From Psammoneis japonica (taxonomy: Eukaryota): a stretch of DNA of 64,000 nucleotides. The stretch spans positions 1 to 64,000 of the forward strand of contig QPGO01000232.1 in the NCBI GenBank assembly GCA_008632985.1, given 5' to 3'. Of this stretch, positions 1 through 14,140 are shown piece after piece. Under the pieces are notes generated by a model. The model worked only from the letters and a program-made list of their open reading frames with translations. It made no database searches and was not told the origin of the DNA. A program made the position numbers and the translations under genes. Position 1 is the first letter of the stretch, and each line of letters begins with the position of its first letter.

Positions 1-342
1 TCCGCGAGGGTTGCGTCGTTCATCACTGTCTTGTCGCCACCAAACTTGCAATCCACAGTCCACCACCATCAATCGGGCCTTGCAAAAAATGAATGTTTGC
101 AAAAACAGTGATGAGACAAATGTGTGTCAAGCTGACACTGTTCTTTTGCAGCACAACTCGAAACACCTGATTTCAAGGCCATGTTTTCAGCCGACGTGCA
201 AAGATTGGCAACAACACATTTGGTTCTCTTGAGGGCTGAAGAAAGAGGCTTGCTTTGTCCATGGTGCTGTGGGAATGTGAGCACAGATTAGATCTGGCCA
301 TTTGCATGCTGGACACATGGATCGAAGCGTTTGCAGAGGTCT

Positions 343-732
343 GACGCGTTCCAGCCCCAGGTGGGACTCCGTGTGACATTGGGCCCGTAGAATTCTACGT
401 GCGAGCTCCGTAGTACGAGAATTTAATTAATGGATATATTCATCTTTAACATCAAATAAACGGCCAAGTTTGTGGTGCAATTATGCCTCTTACCACTCGA
501 CGTTTTTGCAAATGCACCTGCCCTACGCGATTCTTAAGACATTATAGAATCGCGCTGTAACAAAAAATGTCAAAAGTTGTTGGACGGATCGCTCAATAAG
601 TGTACCGTAAAATGACACAAAATATCAAAAAAATCACGTAGAAATCTACGTGCGCGACATACGACGTGATTCAAAAAACTATCGATGTCACAGTTCAGCA
701 GTGCGAGGTCCCACCTAGACCTGGAACGCGTC
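343..732. mobile_element. ~390-bp MITE (family A), relatively unmutated copy
   Basis: ~25-bp TIRs GACGCGTTCCAG..AGGTGGGAC / GTCCCACCT..CTGGAACGCGTC; 4-bp TSD GTCT (339-342, 733-736); interior retains many TA. Confidence 0.9.
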
Positions 733-895
733 GTCTGGCGCATTTGTCGAGATGTGTGGACAGGTTTTTTTTAATGGTGCTCTTTCTCAAGAAGGAAAAC
801 TGGCTGATGCCAATGCTCAGCAATTGCAGACAGTGCTTCACAGACTGCCATTGCAAGAGCAGGGGCAATCTTGCTGAGGCTGCTCAAAATCACCC

Positions 896-1294
896 GACAT
901 GTTGCGTGTGCAGCTGGGAATCCGTGTGACGACACATTGGGCCCGCAGAATTCCACGTGCAAGCTCAGCAGTGAGGTTGTTGAGCAATGAATGTGTCATT
1001 GATGACCAATGGAAAAAGAGGCAATTTGCAAATGTGCAAACTTGCCCACGACAATTGAAGCACAGCACAGCTTGCTCAGCCGGGTGGGCTCTTTTCAGAT
1101 TTTGAAGAGTGCAGCACCTGGTGCCGCATTGTTGTTCCCAAAAATTTGTTCTCAAACAAAATGTCTGGGGCTTTGCAAAGTGGCAAGTTTGGAACATTTC
1201 TGTGAGAGAGCATTTGCAGAAATGCACATGTGAAGCCAACGATCACTTCTCTGCAGCCCAACACTGTGTGGGCAATCAGATCACACAGCATGTC
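896..1294. mobile_element. Degraded family A MITE
   Basis: Shares CATTGGGCCCGCAGAATTC..CGTGCAAGCTC and GAAAAAGAGGCAATTT with the other copies; 399 bp between GACATG..CATGTC ends; no matching TSD. Confidence 0.55.
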
Positions 1295-1828
1295 AGTGAG
1301 CGGGACAGACTGCCAGAAGTTGTGCTGCCAGGAGGGGGGGACTTTTCAAAAACCGAGCAAGTGGGTCATGGCTCACCCAAAAATCAATGAACCCACAGAA
1401 AGAAATGATGATGATCAAACCCCATCTTGGGTGCATCATCATTTTTCAGAAGAAGGGGACAAGAGCTGAAGGATTCCACTGCCGACTTGGAGGACACACA
1501 TCAGTGTTCAAGTTTGATTTAAGTCACCAGCTGCACCAAGGACCTGTTCCATTGAAACTGGAAAACCGATGGCTGCATTTTGGCCATGCAGCATCCTGTG
1601 CCGGGGCCCTGTCTCGACAAGTTAACCAACAGAGATGCTCCTTGACATCAAGTCGAGTGTGTCAGTTCAAAACCCTTCAGATGCCGGCATGGAGCATCTC
1701 TCCGAGGCGTCTTGCAACCAGCTGGCAAAAAGCCCGTAGAGGGCTGGGACTAACTGGCAATTGTTGAGTTGGTTGATTGATTGCAAGAACGGGGGCAACT
1801 TAAATGTAAAACATTGCAACTGAGAAAC

Positions 1829-4200
1829 TCAATGTGTGTTTGCTCCAAATAAATGTGCGGATCCTGAAGACCTGCCATTGACATCATGATGCTGCGCACC
1901 AACCCCAAGGACACTTCCATCTGCCGAGACAGACACGGAACATCCAAAATTGTCAAATTGAGATTCACCATTCAAAGGATCACCAACCTGCAGCCATTTG
2001 GTGGTGTTGGCGTCGCACTGAAAGATTCTGACTTGACCCTTGTTGCTTGTTCCATTTACGTCATTCTCTTTGCTTCCAACAGCCAAAATGTTTCCATTGC
2101 CACTCAACGACACCGAGGAACCAAACTCATCCCCTGGCTGAAATGAAAATGGAGTTTGACCATGTTGATTCCATGCGGACGAAGCACGGTCAAACTCACA
2201 AACAAGCACTTGGAAACTCAAGGGTGCTCCAACTGCGAGCACCAAACCACTGTCATCAAGAGACACTGACCCACCAAAATGACCGTTCTCGAATTGGCCT
2301 TCAATTGGATCGCCCAATGGATTCCACCTTGACGACACAGAACTGCATTCAAACAATGAAACCTGGCCAGCGTCTCTTTCGCCTGCATCATTGCGAATAG
2401 ATCCAACTCCAACTGTGGTTCCCGAACCACTTGGGGAGACCGAGAAACCAAAATCATCTCGAGCACCCTCACCTGTCAGCGTCTGTCCAAGTTGGCTCCA
2501 GAATTGCACGTCACTGTTGTGCCGAAACATTCGAACCAATCCTGAATCAACTTGATTTAAGCCGTCCGTGTCACCACACCACGTTCCGACTGCAAGAGTG
2601 TCCCCCACATCTGAGAGATCCACAGAATGCCCAAAACGACCTCCCGCTGCTTGTCCTTCAATGTCAACCCCCAGTTGAATCCAACGGTCAGTGGTGGAGT
2701 TGTGTTCAAAAACTCGAACACAACCAGGATCATCTTCGGCATCATTGTCACAGGCTCCGACCGCCAACACCGTGCCGTCGCCATTCAACAACACGGACTT
2801 GCCAAAGTTTTCCCCGGCAGCCTGCCCAACCAATTCTTGACCCACGCTCGTCCATTCTTGTGCATCTTGATTGCATTGATGGATGGACACATGTCCAGGA
2901 TTGGAAGTGAATTCTTGAGACGCTCCCACTGCCATGATGGCACCATCTCGAGACAAGGAGACGGAATCAGCAAACACATCAAATGCAGCTTTGCCATGCA
3001 GCACTTCACCTGACCTTGAAATGCAACGTTTGGTGGAAACGCAATGAAAGGAGTGGGAGAAGGAGTGCTGAGCGTGGGAGGTAGAGCAGGCGTTCGCGTT
3101 GACAGGCTTGTGACATTGCCCAGTTGCACTCCAGTCAACCCATCAAAAATGTCGTTCCCTGCGGTTAGACCCGCCTCTTGAAGGTCACTTGCGCACTTCG
3201 ATCGTAAAGCGGACGTCTTGAATGGCTCTGTCACCAACCTTTTGATCGAAACATCGGTGTCCTGAAAAGTGCATGAAATGAATTGGCTGCACGTAACGAG
3301 CAAAGACAACTCAGCGCTGTTGTCACCAATTTGCATGAGATTTGCATCTGACACCTCCAATGTAGTTTGGACATTGCGGATCTCGATGACTTGCAAAGAT
3401 CGCAACAAGCATCGGCGGCGACTGTCATAGAAACTCTCGATGCATTTCTTGGTGGCAAACGACCATAGTTCAGCATCAGCTGCTTCGAAGCCTCTGTCTA
3501 AGCCGTCCATGCTCAGGGCCAATCCGGTTGCTTCTTTGGCAGACAATTCGTCCCCACCGTCTCCGCCACCGCCACCACCCCCGAACGTCACCCCAGCTGC
3601 AATTCCCAAAACTGATGCCAAAAGCCCAACGCCCCATGTTACGAATCGCTTGCGACGGGAAATCGTTTGATTGGAGCCATCTGCAGCGCTCGACTTTGTC
3701 TCTTCAGCTTGGGTTCTGTCATTTGGTGCGGGTTCAGCGACTTGCGCCTGAGCCAGAGGAACCGACTGCCGAAGAAGTCGGTTTTCTTCTTGGAGTCGAG
3801 CCGCTTCCTCGTCTGTCACTTGAGCGACCTGAGCATGAATGAGCAAGGCGCTTTGTTGATCGCGAGTGGGAGCTGGAAGAGTGGTGTTGGATCCAGACGA
3901 CGTCTCAGACATGAGACTGACACTGTTGGCATTGTCATTTGGTCCTGCTCTCGGGACAACTCCGTCGCAATTTACGGCATGAGCACCAGCAACTGGCGTT
4001 GTTGGGTTTGGTGCAGGCTGAGCAGCATCTGCAATGTCTTCCTTTGCGTCTGGTGTAGATTCTTCCCCATGCGTTTCAACCTCATGTTTTTCCTCTTCGT
4101 CTTGTTCGTTGTTGTTGTTGTTGCTGCTGCGGTGATGGCCTCGCCTTCTATCCGTGGTGCCGTGCCACTTGGTCGGAAGCTTGGTTTTGGAACGGTTCAT
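1829..4200 (-). pseudogene. Hypermutated FG-GAP beta-propeller type II membrane protein paralog
   Basis: Colinear with 7174-9731 (AGAxAV motif, TM helix, FGxSVSLS repeats); frameshift near 3010; Tyr replaced by Cys/His (LLVTCSQFISCTF vs LLVTYTQSFAYTF; PGHV vs PGYV; IFQCD vs IFQYD). Confidence 0.85.
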
Positions 4201-4822
4201 GACTGAGAGATGATGACAAAACAGCCCGTGATGCAAAAATGTGGAGTCAAGAGTCAATGAACGCAGCTTTTGGACTCTTTTGGGACTCCTGTAAGAATCA
4301 GGCGTGACTGAGAGATCACGAACGGGAACGCGACAAGTGTCATGCTTCATCGCGCGAGCCGTTGCTGCAATTCATCAACGCCGGCATTTCATGATGAGGG
4401 TTGACACGCCCCAAAACGATTTGTGGTGAAAGCTGCAAAACGGGGCTGTGCTGTTACTGCTCCTTCTCGTCGGTTGTTTTAGTCATGGTGCTGAATCGTG
4501 CTGATGAGTGTGTGTTGTGGAGGGAGTTTTCACGCATTTCGAAAATTCCGCCAAACGATCTTTACGCGCTTCGTGCGCGACAAAACTTCAACATCTGGCC
4601 GTCAGTCGTCTTCCCGCGCTTTTTTGTGTTGGATGGTTTCGCGCGGGCGGCGCGCGTCATCGCTCATCGCTCATCCATCTCACAAAACCAAAACATCATC
4701 ATCCATCAGCCATCATCACTTTGCGCTTCATTATACTCTGCTTGTTATACCCCTCCTTCTATTATCACACCACACTTATTGCAATCCTCATATAATACAA
4801 GGCCGTCTTTATTGCATGTCGA

Positions 4823-6654
4823 ATGAACAAGTTTCGAGCATCACGTGGTTGTTGGATACTTTTACTTTTTGTATTATTGAATTGCCGATTGATTGAATCA
4901 TCCTCTTTACCCATCATCAACAACAACAAGCATCACTCGACAAAAAGAAGAGCAACATCATTTCTAACGAGAAATCAACTACTAAAGAACAAGAAAACTA
5001 CAACCATGACGACAACTGACTTGCGTGGTGGTGGTGGTGAACAACAGCCGAGTAGTAGTAGTCGTTTGGTTCGTATTCGACAGACGGTGTTTCCGATTTA
5101 TGGGAAACAAGAAGTGATTAAATTTCTCTTGATTGGCTCTATAAAGTTTTTCATAATCATGGCCTTGACTCTGACACGAGATACCAAGGATACCTTGGTC
5201 GTGACGCAATGTGGAGCCGAAGCCATTGCGTTTTTAAAGGTGAGAGGCGTACATGCTGATTGAAGCATGATATGAAGCATACACACGGCATGCTGGTATG
5301 TTTTGCTTATTCTCAATCGCTCACCAGGTATATGCTACCTTTTGTGTCAATATATAGATTTACGGAGTTCTTCCTGCTGCTACTGCCTTTATTGCACTCT
5401 ACTCGAAAATGGCATCCGTCATGAGCAAGCCGACGCTCTTTTACTCGACATGTATTCCTTTCTTTCTCTTTTTCTTACTGTTTGATGTATGGATTTATCC
5501 CAATTCCAGCCTACTGCACCCATCCTTAGAAACGGTCCAATCATGGTTGCCCCATTCAGAAGGAGCATGGAGTGTCTTGGCCAAAATCTGTAGTCATTGG
5601 ACGTATTGTTTGTTTTATGTAGTGGCAGAAATCTACTCGTCCGTCTCGGTCGGACTCTTGTTTTGGCAATTTGCCAATGACGTGGTGCCCGTCGAACAAG
5701 CGAAACGGTTTTATCCACTCTTTGCACAAATGAGTGGATTGGCACCCGTCGTGGCGGGACAATATGTGGTGCGGTATGCCAGTCAATCGAAATCGTTTCA
5801 AGTGAGTTTGCACCGACTCACGGCCGCTGTGAGTTTTGCGGGAATCATGATTTGTGTCTTTTATCACGCGAGTCGAATGTATATAAAACAACAAGAACAA
5901 GAAGAACAAGCTTTGTTATCGAATACTAACAAAAAGACGACATCAGCATCCAAATCAAAGAAACCAAAAATGAGCATGGGGGAATCGGCAAAGTTTTTGG
6001 CATCCTCGCAGTATCTGAGACTGATTGCCGCATTGGTGTTGGGATACGGATTGTCTATTAATTTTACAGAAATCATGTGGAAATCACTCGTCAAGAAACA
6101 ATATCCCGACCCACTTGATTATCAACGATTCATGGGTAACTTTTCGTCGGCCGTGGGACTGTCCACGTGTATTGTCATTTTCTTTGGTGTGCACGTGATT
6201 CGAATCTTGGGATGGAGGGTGGGTGCCATGGCGACACCGGGAATCATGGCTGTACTTGCATTACCCTTCTTTGCTTGTATCTTGTTGGGTCTCGATGTAG
6301 CCCCACGCGTCTATCGACCGCGGTTGTCTTTGGAACGGTCCAATCCTTACTGAGCAAAACTTCCAATATGCACTCTTTGATCCCACAACACAAGTGGCCT
6401 GCATTCCACTCGACAAGGAATCCAAAGTCAAGGGCAAGCTGCAATTGATGTATTGGGATCTCGGATTGGCAAGAGCGGTGGCTCGCTCATTCAACAGGGG
6501 TTGGTCATGGTGTTTGGAAACATTATTAATGCTGCACCCGTGGTTGCCGTAATTTTACTATACCGTCTTGTTGGGGTGGATGGGTGCGGCTCATCGATTG
6601 AGTAGTTTGTTTCATGCCAAGACGGAAATGAACAAGGCTGAAAAGTATCAGTAA
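4823..6654 (+). CDS. NTT: Nucleotide transporter (TLC/NTT ATP/ADP translocase family), probably plastid-targeted
   Basis: Motifs LTRDTKDTLVVT, GAEAIAFLK|IYGVLP, LFWQFAND, AKRFYPLF, KGKxAIDVLGSRIGKSGG; GT-AG intron 5240-5357; N-terminal signal peptide; a few 1-bp frameshifts after ~6300, probably assembly errors. Confidence 0.9.
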
Positions 6655-6789
6655 GACTACAGTGTGGAACAAAAGTACCTTATTCATTATTAAAAGGGAA
6701 TACCGCATTTTGAGGTGCCAATGTTATTCTGAGGAATGAGCTGCGTCTCTCTGCACGACGGTCTCGTATAGGCTAGCACATGATGTTTA

Positions 6790-6910
6790 CCATTTTCTGT
6801 GTCATCCCAATACGCTTCCACAGCAAGAATATCTCCGGCCTCCGATGGCGACATGGAAGAACCAAATCGATAACAAAACTCTCTCCAAAAATGTTGCTGC
6901 CGAGTTTGTT
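6790..6910 (-). pseudogene. Short FG-GAP paralog remnant, TA-retaining
   Basis: Translates YRFGSSMSPSEAGDILAVEAYWDDTENG, matching LFGSSVSLSDAGDILAVGAHWDNAENG of the neighbouring gene. Confidence 0.7.
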
Positions 6911-7173
6911 CCAACGATGCGAAGCAGGGAGCTGTATTTACAATCACTTTGTTCGTTATACCGGCATTTGGTTCGCCATACTGCCCACCTTTTAACGATA
7001 CAGCCCAACCAATTCGTGGACACTACGACTCCACGGTTGGTTAGCGGGATTGCATCGATAGTAACAATATAACATGGCCGATCGGATCAAAATCGTCCCT
7101 TGCTGCTATTTGCGATACAAAACTACATCTGCAGCATTATTGACACCAATGCATGAAATACAAAAATACAGTT

Positions 7174-9731
7174 CTAATTGTTGTTTACCGTAAATGCATA
7201 TGCGGATCCGGACTTGTCGCCATTGACGTCAGCATTCCGTGCACCAACTCCAACGAAGCTTCCGTCGGCCGACAAGGACACGGAATGTCCAACCAATCAC
7301 GTTCAGCCTCGCCATTTAAAGCATCTCCAACTTGCTTCCATTCGTCTGCATTGACGTCATACTGAAAGATTCGAACTTGACCCGCTCGATACATTCCATT
7401 GACGTCATGCAAACCACTTCCGACCGCCAAGACGTTTCCATTGCCACTCAATGACACTGAGTAACCAAACTCATCATCAGACTGTTGTGTCAAGAGAGTT
7501 TGGCCACGTGGATTCCATGTCAAAGTCGAGCGGTCGTACGAATGAACCAAAACCTTCTCGTCGTTGGTTCCAGGTGCATCCGCGGCCACGATCAAACCGC
7601 TGTCGTCAAGAGAAACAGAATATCCAAATTTACCATATTCGACTTGGCCATTGATTGGGTCACCCAACAGATCCCATCTTGACAAGGCAGAATTGTATTC
7701 GTACACTGACACTTGACCAGCATTGTTTCCACCCGAATCATTTCTATATGCTCCAACGCCAACAATGGTTCCCTGCGCATTCAACGAAACAGAAATACCA
7801 AAACGATCATCAGCGGCTTGGCCAATGAGGGTTTCTCCGAGTTGGTTCCAGGACGAAGAGCCGCGGTCGTATTGAAACAATTGCACCGATCCAGAATCAG
7901 AGCCATTTTCCGCGTTGTCCCAATGCGCTCCCACGGCAAGAATGTCTCCAGCGTCTGAGAGCGACACGGAAGAACCAAATAAATCACCAGCGTCTTGTCC
8001 AAGAATGTCGCTGCCGCGTTGGACCCAATGATCCGATGCCGAGTTGTATTCAAACACCCGAACGTGACCGGCATTCGATCCGCCACTGTCATTCCATGGA
8101 GCTCCAATGGCAAGAATCGTGCCATCGCCATTTAACGAAACAGACTCTGCATAATCGTCGCCGCCAGCTTGTCCAGTCAATTCTTGGCCAATTTGTATCC
8201 ATTGTTGGGTGCTTGGATTGTATCGATTGACCTCAACGTAGCCGGGATTGGAAGAAGATTGTTGTTGATCTGCTCCAATCGCCATAACACTTCCATCACG
8301 AGACAAGGAGACGGAATCGCCAAAATTGTCATCTCCCGCTTTGCCGTGCAAGATTTGACCGACGGGACTCCACGTCCCATTTAGCGGCAAACCACCACCA
8401 CTGGTAGAATTGGGTGTTGGAGCTTGAGTTGTGGGACGTGGAGTAGGATTGAGCGTTGGCGGAGGCGTTGGCGGAAAACTAGATGGAGTGGTGGGGGCTG
8501 TTGTGGAAGGTTGGGTAGGTCTTGAAGCGGTAGGAGCCACAGTAGGTGGAGGAGTCGGGTTGACCGTGGGAGATGGCGTTGGCTCTTTTGTGGAAGACGG
8601 AGTCGGCGTGGGTGTCGGAGCTAATGTCGATGGAGGCAACGTCGGATCTTGTGTCGGTGAGTCTGTCGGAGATGGAGAGGAAGGATTTGGTGTATTTGAT
8701 TCCATGCTAACGTCAGTCAAGTTGTCGAAAACGTCCTCGCCTTGAGCCATACCCGCGTCCTGTAGGCCGCCTGCATATGCCATTCTTCTGGCAGACGTTC
8801 TGAATGGTTCACTCACCATGTGATCAATAGAAACGTCCTTGTCTTCGAATGTATACGCGAATGATTGGGTGTACGTAACAAGTAAAGAGGGACGAGTGCC
8901 ATTGTTGCCACCTCTTACGACGTTTGTGTCGGTTACACCCAGTTCAGTTTTGACATTGTAGATGTTGGCGGTCGCTAAAGAGCGATGCAAGCGGCGTCGG
9001 CGACTGCTGTAAAAGTCCTCAACGTATTCCTTGGTCACGGCAGCCCATAAATCTGAGTCGTTCGCATCAAACACTGCGTCCAAACCAATCAAACTCATGA
9101 CCAATCCGGTAGCTTGTTTGATCGATTGCTCGCCGCTTGCTCCGCCATCGTCCCAGGGCTTCACTCCTACAATAACACCGACAATCGCAGCAATAACTAA
9201 AACAACAACTCCTCCTCCGATGATGTAACGTTGGCAACGTCTCTTCTTTTCCCCATCAATGGGATCGTCACCTTTCGTGTTGATCGACGCAGTTGGGTCG
9301 GGGCGGTGTTCGGCATCATCAGAAGCCATGAGGACAGGTTCCGCAACCTGGGCTTGAGCCAAAGGAACGGATCGGCGAAGAAGAATGTTTTCTTCTTGGA
9401 GTCGAGCCACTTCTTCATCCGTCACTTGAGCAAGCTGAGCTTGGGCAAGTAAATCGCTTGGATTGCGAGTGCTGGGCGCTGGAACAGAGGGATCAACACT
9501 CTCGGGCTCCGACATGAGTGTGACACTGTCAGGATTCCTTCCAGCTCTCGGTACCACGCCATCACGATTGACTGCATATGCTCCAGCTGCAGGAGCTTCT
9601 TCCGTGTCTTGATTTACCTCTTGATCTTCTTGAACCGTCTCTTGTTTCTCCTCCACCACACTTCTACTGTTCCCACGGCTTTCATAGGTGTCATCCCAAA
9701 TCGTGGTCGGCGGCTTGTTGGAACGGTCCAT
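7174..9731 (-). CDS. Type II membrane protein: acidic N-terminal region, TM helix, P/T-rich stalk, C-terminal FG-GAP beta-propeller
   Basis: 848-aa ORF; ~7 FGxSVSLSxxGxxLAVGA repeats; TM IIGGGVVVLVIAAIVGVIVGV; restoring one T near 7292 gives C-terminus ..GSAYAFTVNNN* (TAG 7174-7176). Confidence 0.85.
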
Positions 9732-12700
9732 GTTTGCTTTTAATTGGGAGGAGCGAGAACGAGAAATTATTGAGAGTCAAAGGAAAAGAATGTCGTCTGT
9801 GAACAAGTGTCGCGTTTTTCTCACATGAAACAAATGAGAACGCCTTTAGGCGCGGTCTTGACGTCAGCGGTGTCATGTAGGCTTCGCATCGCATCATCAC
9901 ACGCACATTATTGCAACTGCCGGTATTGCTCACGTCACATCAACCGCTATTATGGTATGAGCAGAGTATTACTCTGTAGTATGACTTTGACAAGTTCATT
10001 CTGCTTTGCCTCTATCTTGTAATTGCGGCAGTTACACCCTTTTGTGCCAAAATGCGCGAAAAGCCCAGACTCAACAACTGCGTAGGAGGACTTATAGATG
10101 CGTACGTAAAGGTAAAGGACTACAGACGGAAAGAATGATGTGTAGGTTAGGGCAGTGTGTGGTGACACCAAACAATTCCCCTTCAACCATTACTCACGTT
10201 GGAAAGAAGCTGCACGATACGGATCCAACATAATTACAACATGATGTAGACGACCGCAGCGCAATCGCGCATAGCCCAAGTAGCATTCCGGCCTGAGAGC
10301 AATTGTAAGAGGCTCCAAGATGACAACAAGTGAGATTCAAAATTTGTCTTACCACTCGTCTGATTCATAGAATATTAGACGGAAGAGAAAGCAAGCTTGT
10401 TGCCATGTATCTTTGCATCGTTGCGGAACGCCGGATTGTCCATAACAACGAGGATGATTATTGCCGAGTCGTTCTTGGTGCTTAACAACCATGGCACTCT
10501 TCACCCAAGAGAACTTATGAAACAAGGTGCGAAAGGCCAAGCTGGAAGCAACATATAATTTAGCACCGGAACGTCTTTGCAGGATATGCAATCAAGCTGC
10601 AACTAACCGGGCGGAGAAAGCATGGATCTTGTCAAATCCTTCTCGTTGGAGCTTAAACCCATCTTATTCTGCAACCTGCAACACCAGCACCTTCGCACCA
10701 TTCAATAATAGGAACGTATACAAGACACCATGATATTCCTGTATGGCGGTAAAGGATGAATGGGACACACAACATTCGTATAAGAGAATAAAGCGCGTCC
10801 GATCGCCAAATAGGTCTGAAAACATCAAACATTAGCTCTGCTTACTCTTGGTGCTTCAGTCGTCATATTTTTCCATACTGACGCCCATGCATCATTCAAT
10901 GCCAACGTATGAGACATGCCATGCCGTTCCTGTCTGGCGGTAACGCAGAAACAGGACACAAGAACGTGACAACAACCGCCATTTTTTCTCGTGCTTTTTC
11001 TGTACCGGTGTACGGTATGATGATGTTCGTGTTAAAAAGGAAGGGGTTCTGAGCCCAACACACATCATGTTCGCGAGCCCGCAACCATGATGATGCGTGA
11101 TGCGAATTGCGATCTTTATTTCCATCGCTCTTGCTCTGCTAGGTCCTAGAGCTGTGACGCCCAACCACGTGCTTCCACGTGTAATCAGACAACCCTTGGC
11201 TTTTTTCCAGAAGGCGTTTCCACCCGCGACACACACCATCACGAGGTTCCCGACAACTCCAGCAGCAAAATTCATCCCTCACACTTTCCCGTGTAAAAAA
11301 GGTGATGCTCCGTGAAAACCTGGCTCCATCATTTTCAAACACCTGGTGCCATCATGAACAACGCACGCCCCAGCCGCACATTCTCAACATGTTGGTGCTG
11401 GCGGGGGCCAAAGTCTGGCCAATCATTCCAAAAATTTTGAGTCGAGTCGGTCGTGTGTGGGATTCAAGACCCACATGACACTGGGGGGTGCAATGAAGGA
11501 AAATTGTTTCTCTTTCTCAATGCCAGTGCAGCCTGCAACATCAGCGTGAAACACCCAGCTTGTGATTCTGCAACAAATCGAGAGATTTTGCAAGCAATGA
11601 AGAGTTTCTGTTTGCTGAAATTTTTTTCTTCTGCAAGACAGCATCATCAATGTGTGCAATTTTGTCAGTGTTGTTTTCAACTGCTTGTTTTTTTAACATC
11701 GCGCCAGCTTCGTTCTTTTTTTTTTCACTCCAAAATTTGCCCCACACCCCACCCTCATCAAAATCTTGAAAAACGTTCATCATGTCAGTGGCACTGCTCA
11801 AACAGGTTTGACAAAATGATGATGACATTGCATTTGTCAATGTGCTTGCATGCAACAACTGACTGTGTGAGCTGGCTGTGACAGCGTTGCAGCAGCTGAG
11901 TGAGACAACAAGGGGCGAGACTTTGAAACATTGACAGCACCATTTTGATCACCCACTTGCTTGCCTTTTTACAAACACCAGCTTTGGCTCAGCAGGTGCC
12001 AAAAATCCAATGTGTGGATGGTGGGTGCAGAGCTGTCATGTGACATGTTGCCACAAATGACTGGGTCAGCACTTTTCAAACAATCTCAACAGAAAGCCAG
12101 TCTCTGGTTGGAAAATTGCATGTGTGCATTGACGGGCATCTGGCGGAGCTGCGCCCTTGCATTGGTCCAAGAAATGACAAATGTTCAGATGCTTTGTCTG
12201 CTGCATCAGTGTCATCATTGACTCTGGTGGGTTTTTGTCAATTTTCCCATGTTTCCACTGCAGCGATGGTCTGTGTTCTTGTTTGGAGTTGTTTGAGACC
12301 TGGGTCTCACAACTGTGAGCAGAAAGAAAATGTGCTGGCGGGAAGCAGGGTTCTCATTGCAAGAAAGACTTGCATTTTTCCCATGACAGTGTGCAGTCTC
12401 TTGCCCGTGAGGTCACTCCATCACATGCTGCACTGGCAGATCCACACAGACGCTGGCACCTTTCTTTTTGTGTGCGCTGTGAAGAGGTGCTGTGTGACAC
12501 AAGAACAGCTGATGAGAGAAAGGTGCCAACACAGGCGCGAGGGTTCAGAAAGCTTCCTGCAGCTCAAAATCATTGCAGTGTCAAGCAGCAATGAGGTGGG
12601 GAGTCCATTGCTCTGTCTCGTGGGGGTTGCATTCTTGCTGTGGCTTGAGCATTGTCATGACCACGGAGGCTTTGATGTGCCATGCCGGTGCCTGTCTGTC

Positions 12701-13316
12701 ATTCAAAAACATCAAGATGGAATGAATGAATCATCTGAATGTCAAAGGTGACATCATTCACATGTGCAGTGAGCTTTCACTTGACTTCATGGTCGTCCAC
12801 CAAAGTCAATGGAAAAATTTTAGACCTTTTCTGTCTTCAACTCTAGAGAGATTTGACACTCCAAAAAGATTTGCCACCGCCGCACCGTCAAAATGTTAAA
12901 ATCACACTGTGCTGCCGGCACACAGGTTTTGTTCTGCACTGTTCAAGCAGGTTTTAGATGACAAAAGCAGTGTGTCATTTGCACCAGGATTGCACTCCTG
13001 CAGTCATTTGGGGCTCCTGACCTGCGTGCCCTGAAACAGAGAGGGGCTGCACAAGCACAAGAGGTCGAAGCTTTGCAACAGGACACATGCAACCGCTGTG
13101 TCATCATGAGATTCCTTCCTCCTGCTCTTGTTGCATTGGTGCCACTGGCTGAGGTGGATCCCCTTGAGGCCATGAAGTGCACAAGTCTGTGGAAAGGCCC
13201 AGAAGCAGTGCAAGAGCTGACAGAGGAGAGTGCCACTGCAAAAGACCACAAGGGCAGCAAAAGCAGCAAACATGGCAAGAGCACAAAAAGCCATTCTTGT
13301 GGCAGCAAAAGTTGTT

Positions 13317-13319
<3 letters not shown>

Positions 13320-13363
<44 letters not shown>
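13320..13363. repeat. (AGC)n microsatellite
   Basis: ~14-15 pure AGC units; the intact paralog has only AGCAGCAGCAGTAGT. Confidence 0.9.
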
Positions 13364-13366
<3 letters not shown>

Positions 13367-13740
13367 GAATGCAGCAAGCCCTTTTTGGAGCCACCCAAGG
13401 ATGTTTGCATTGCTCCCAAAGAGCCGGCAGCACCCACCATTGTTTCATGTGGAGGTGAAATTGTTGGCCAAGTGGTGACCCTCAAGTCAGGGTTGGCATG
13501 TCCAACTCCCAATGCATGCCAACGAGGCTGCAATCACAGTGAACGGCCCACGAGCTGTCTTGCATTGTGCAGGAGACAGATGACCCAATCATCAACCGAC
13601 CTTTGTTTTGGCAACATTTTGGAATCCGGGTCCATTGGTGTTTTGTTGTTGAACGGAGCCACCATGAAGAATTGTTTTGTCCAAGGATTCAGCACTGGTG
13701 TTGTCACGAGAGGTGATGGAAACAACAAAATTGTTGGCTC

Positions 13741-14140
13741 GACGGGTTCCAGTCCTGGCAGGTGGGACTCCGTTTGACATTGGGCCCGCAGAATTCTGCG
13801 TGCAAGCTCCGTAGTGACTTTGTGCTGCAATGAAAATGTGCATGATCGCCAACAGAAAAAGAGGCAATTTTACGAACGCATCTCCTCCTTCACACTTGGA
13901 GCACATCATTGACAGTTTGCCCGGGTGTGTTCTTCAGACATTAAAGAACACACCCAGTGCATTTTCATTCTCACAAATGTTGAAAATGGAAAGCCTTTGG
14001 CTTCGCAAAACAGGGAGTGTAAAACAATTTCGTAGAATGTCACATGTAGAAATGTGCGTGCGCGACATGCGACGTGATCCAAAAAACCATTGATGTCACA
14101 GTTCAGCAGTGCGAGGTCCCACCTAGAGCTGGAACGCGTC
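13741..14140. mobile_element. Family A MITE
   Basis: TIRs as at 343-732; TSD GCTC; the empty site is visible in the paralog (GTTGGATCAACCATC at ~32561). Confidence 0.92.

Noticed and set aside
9950..11340. Short ORFs that might form a gene
   Set aside because: No recognisable domain or consistent frame
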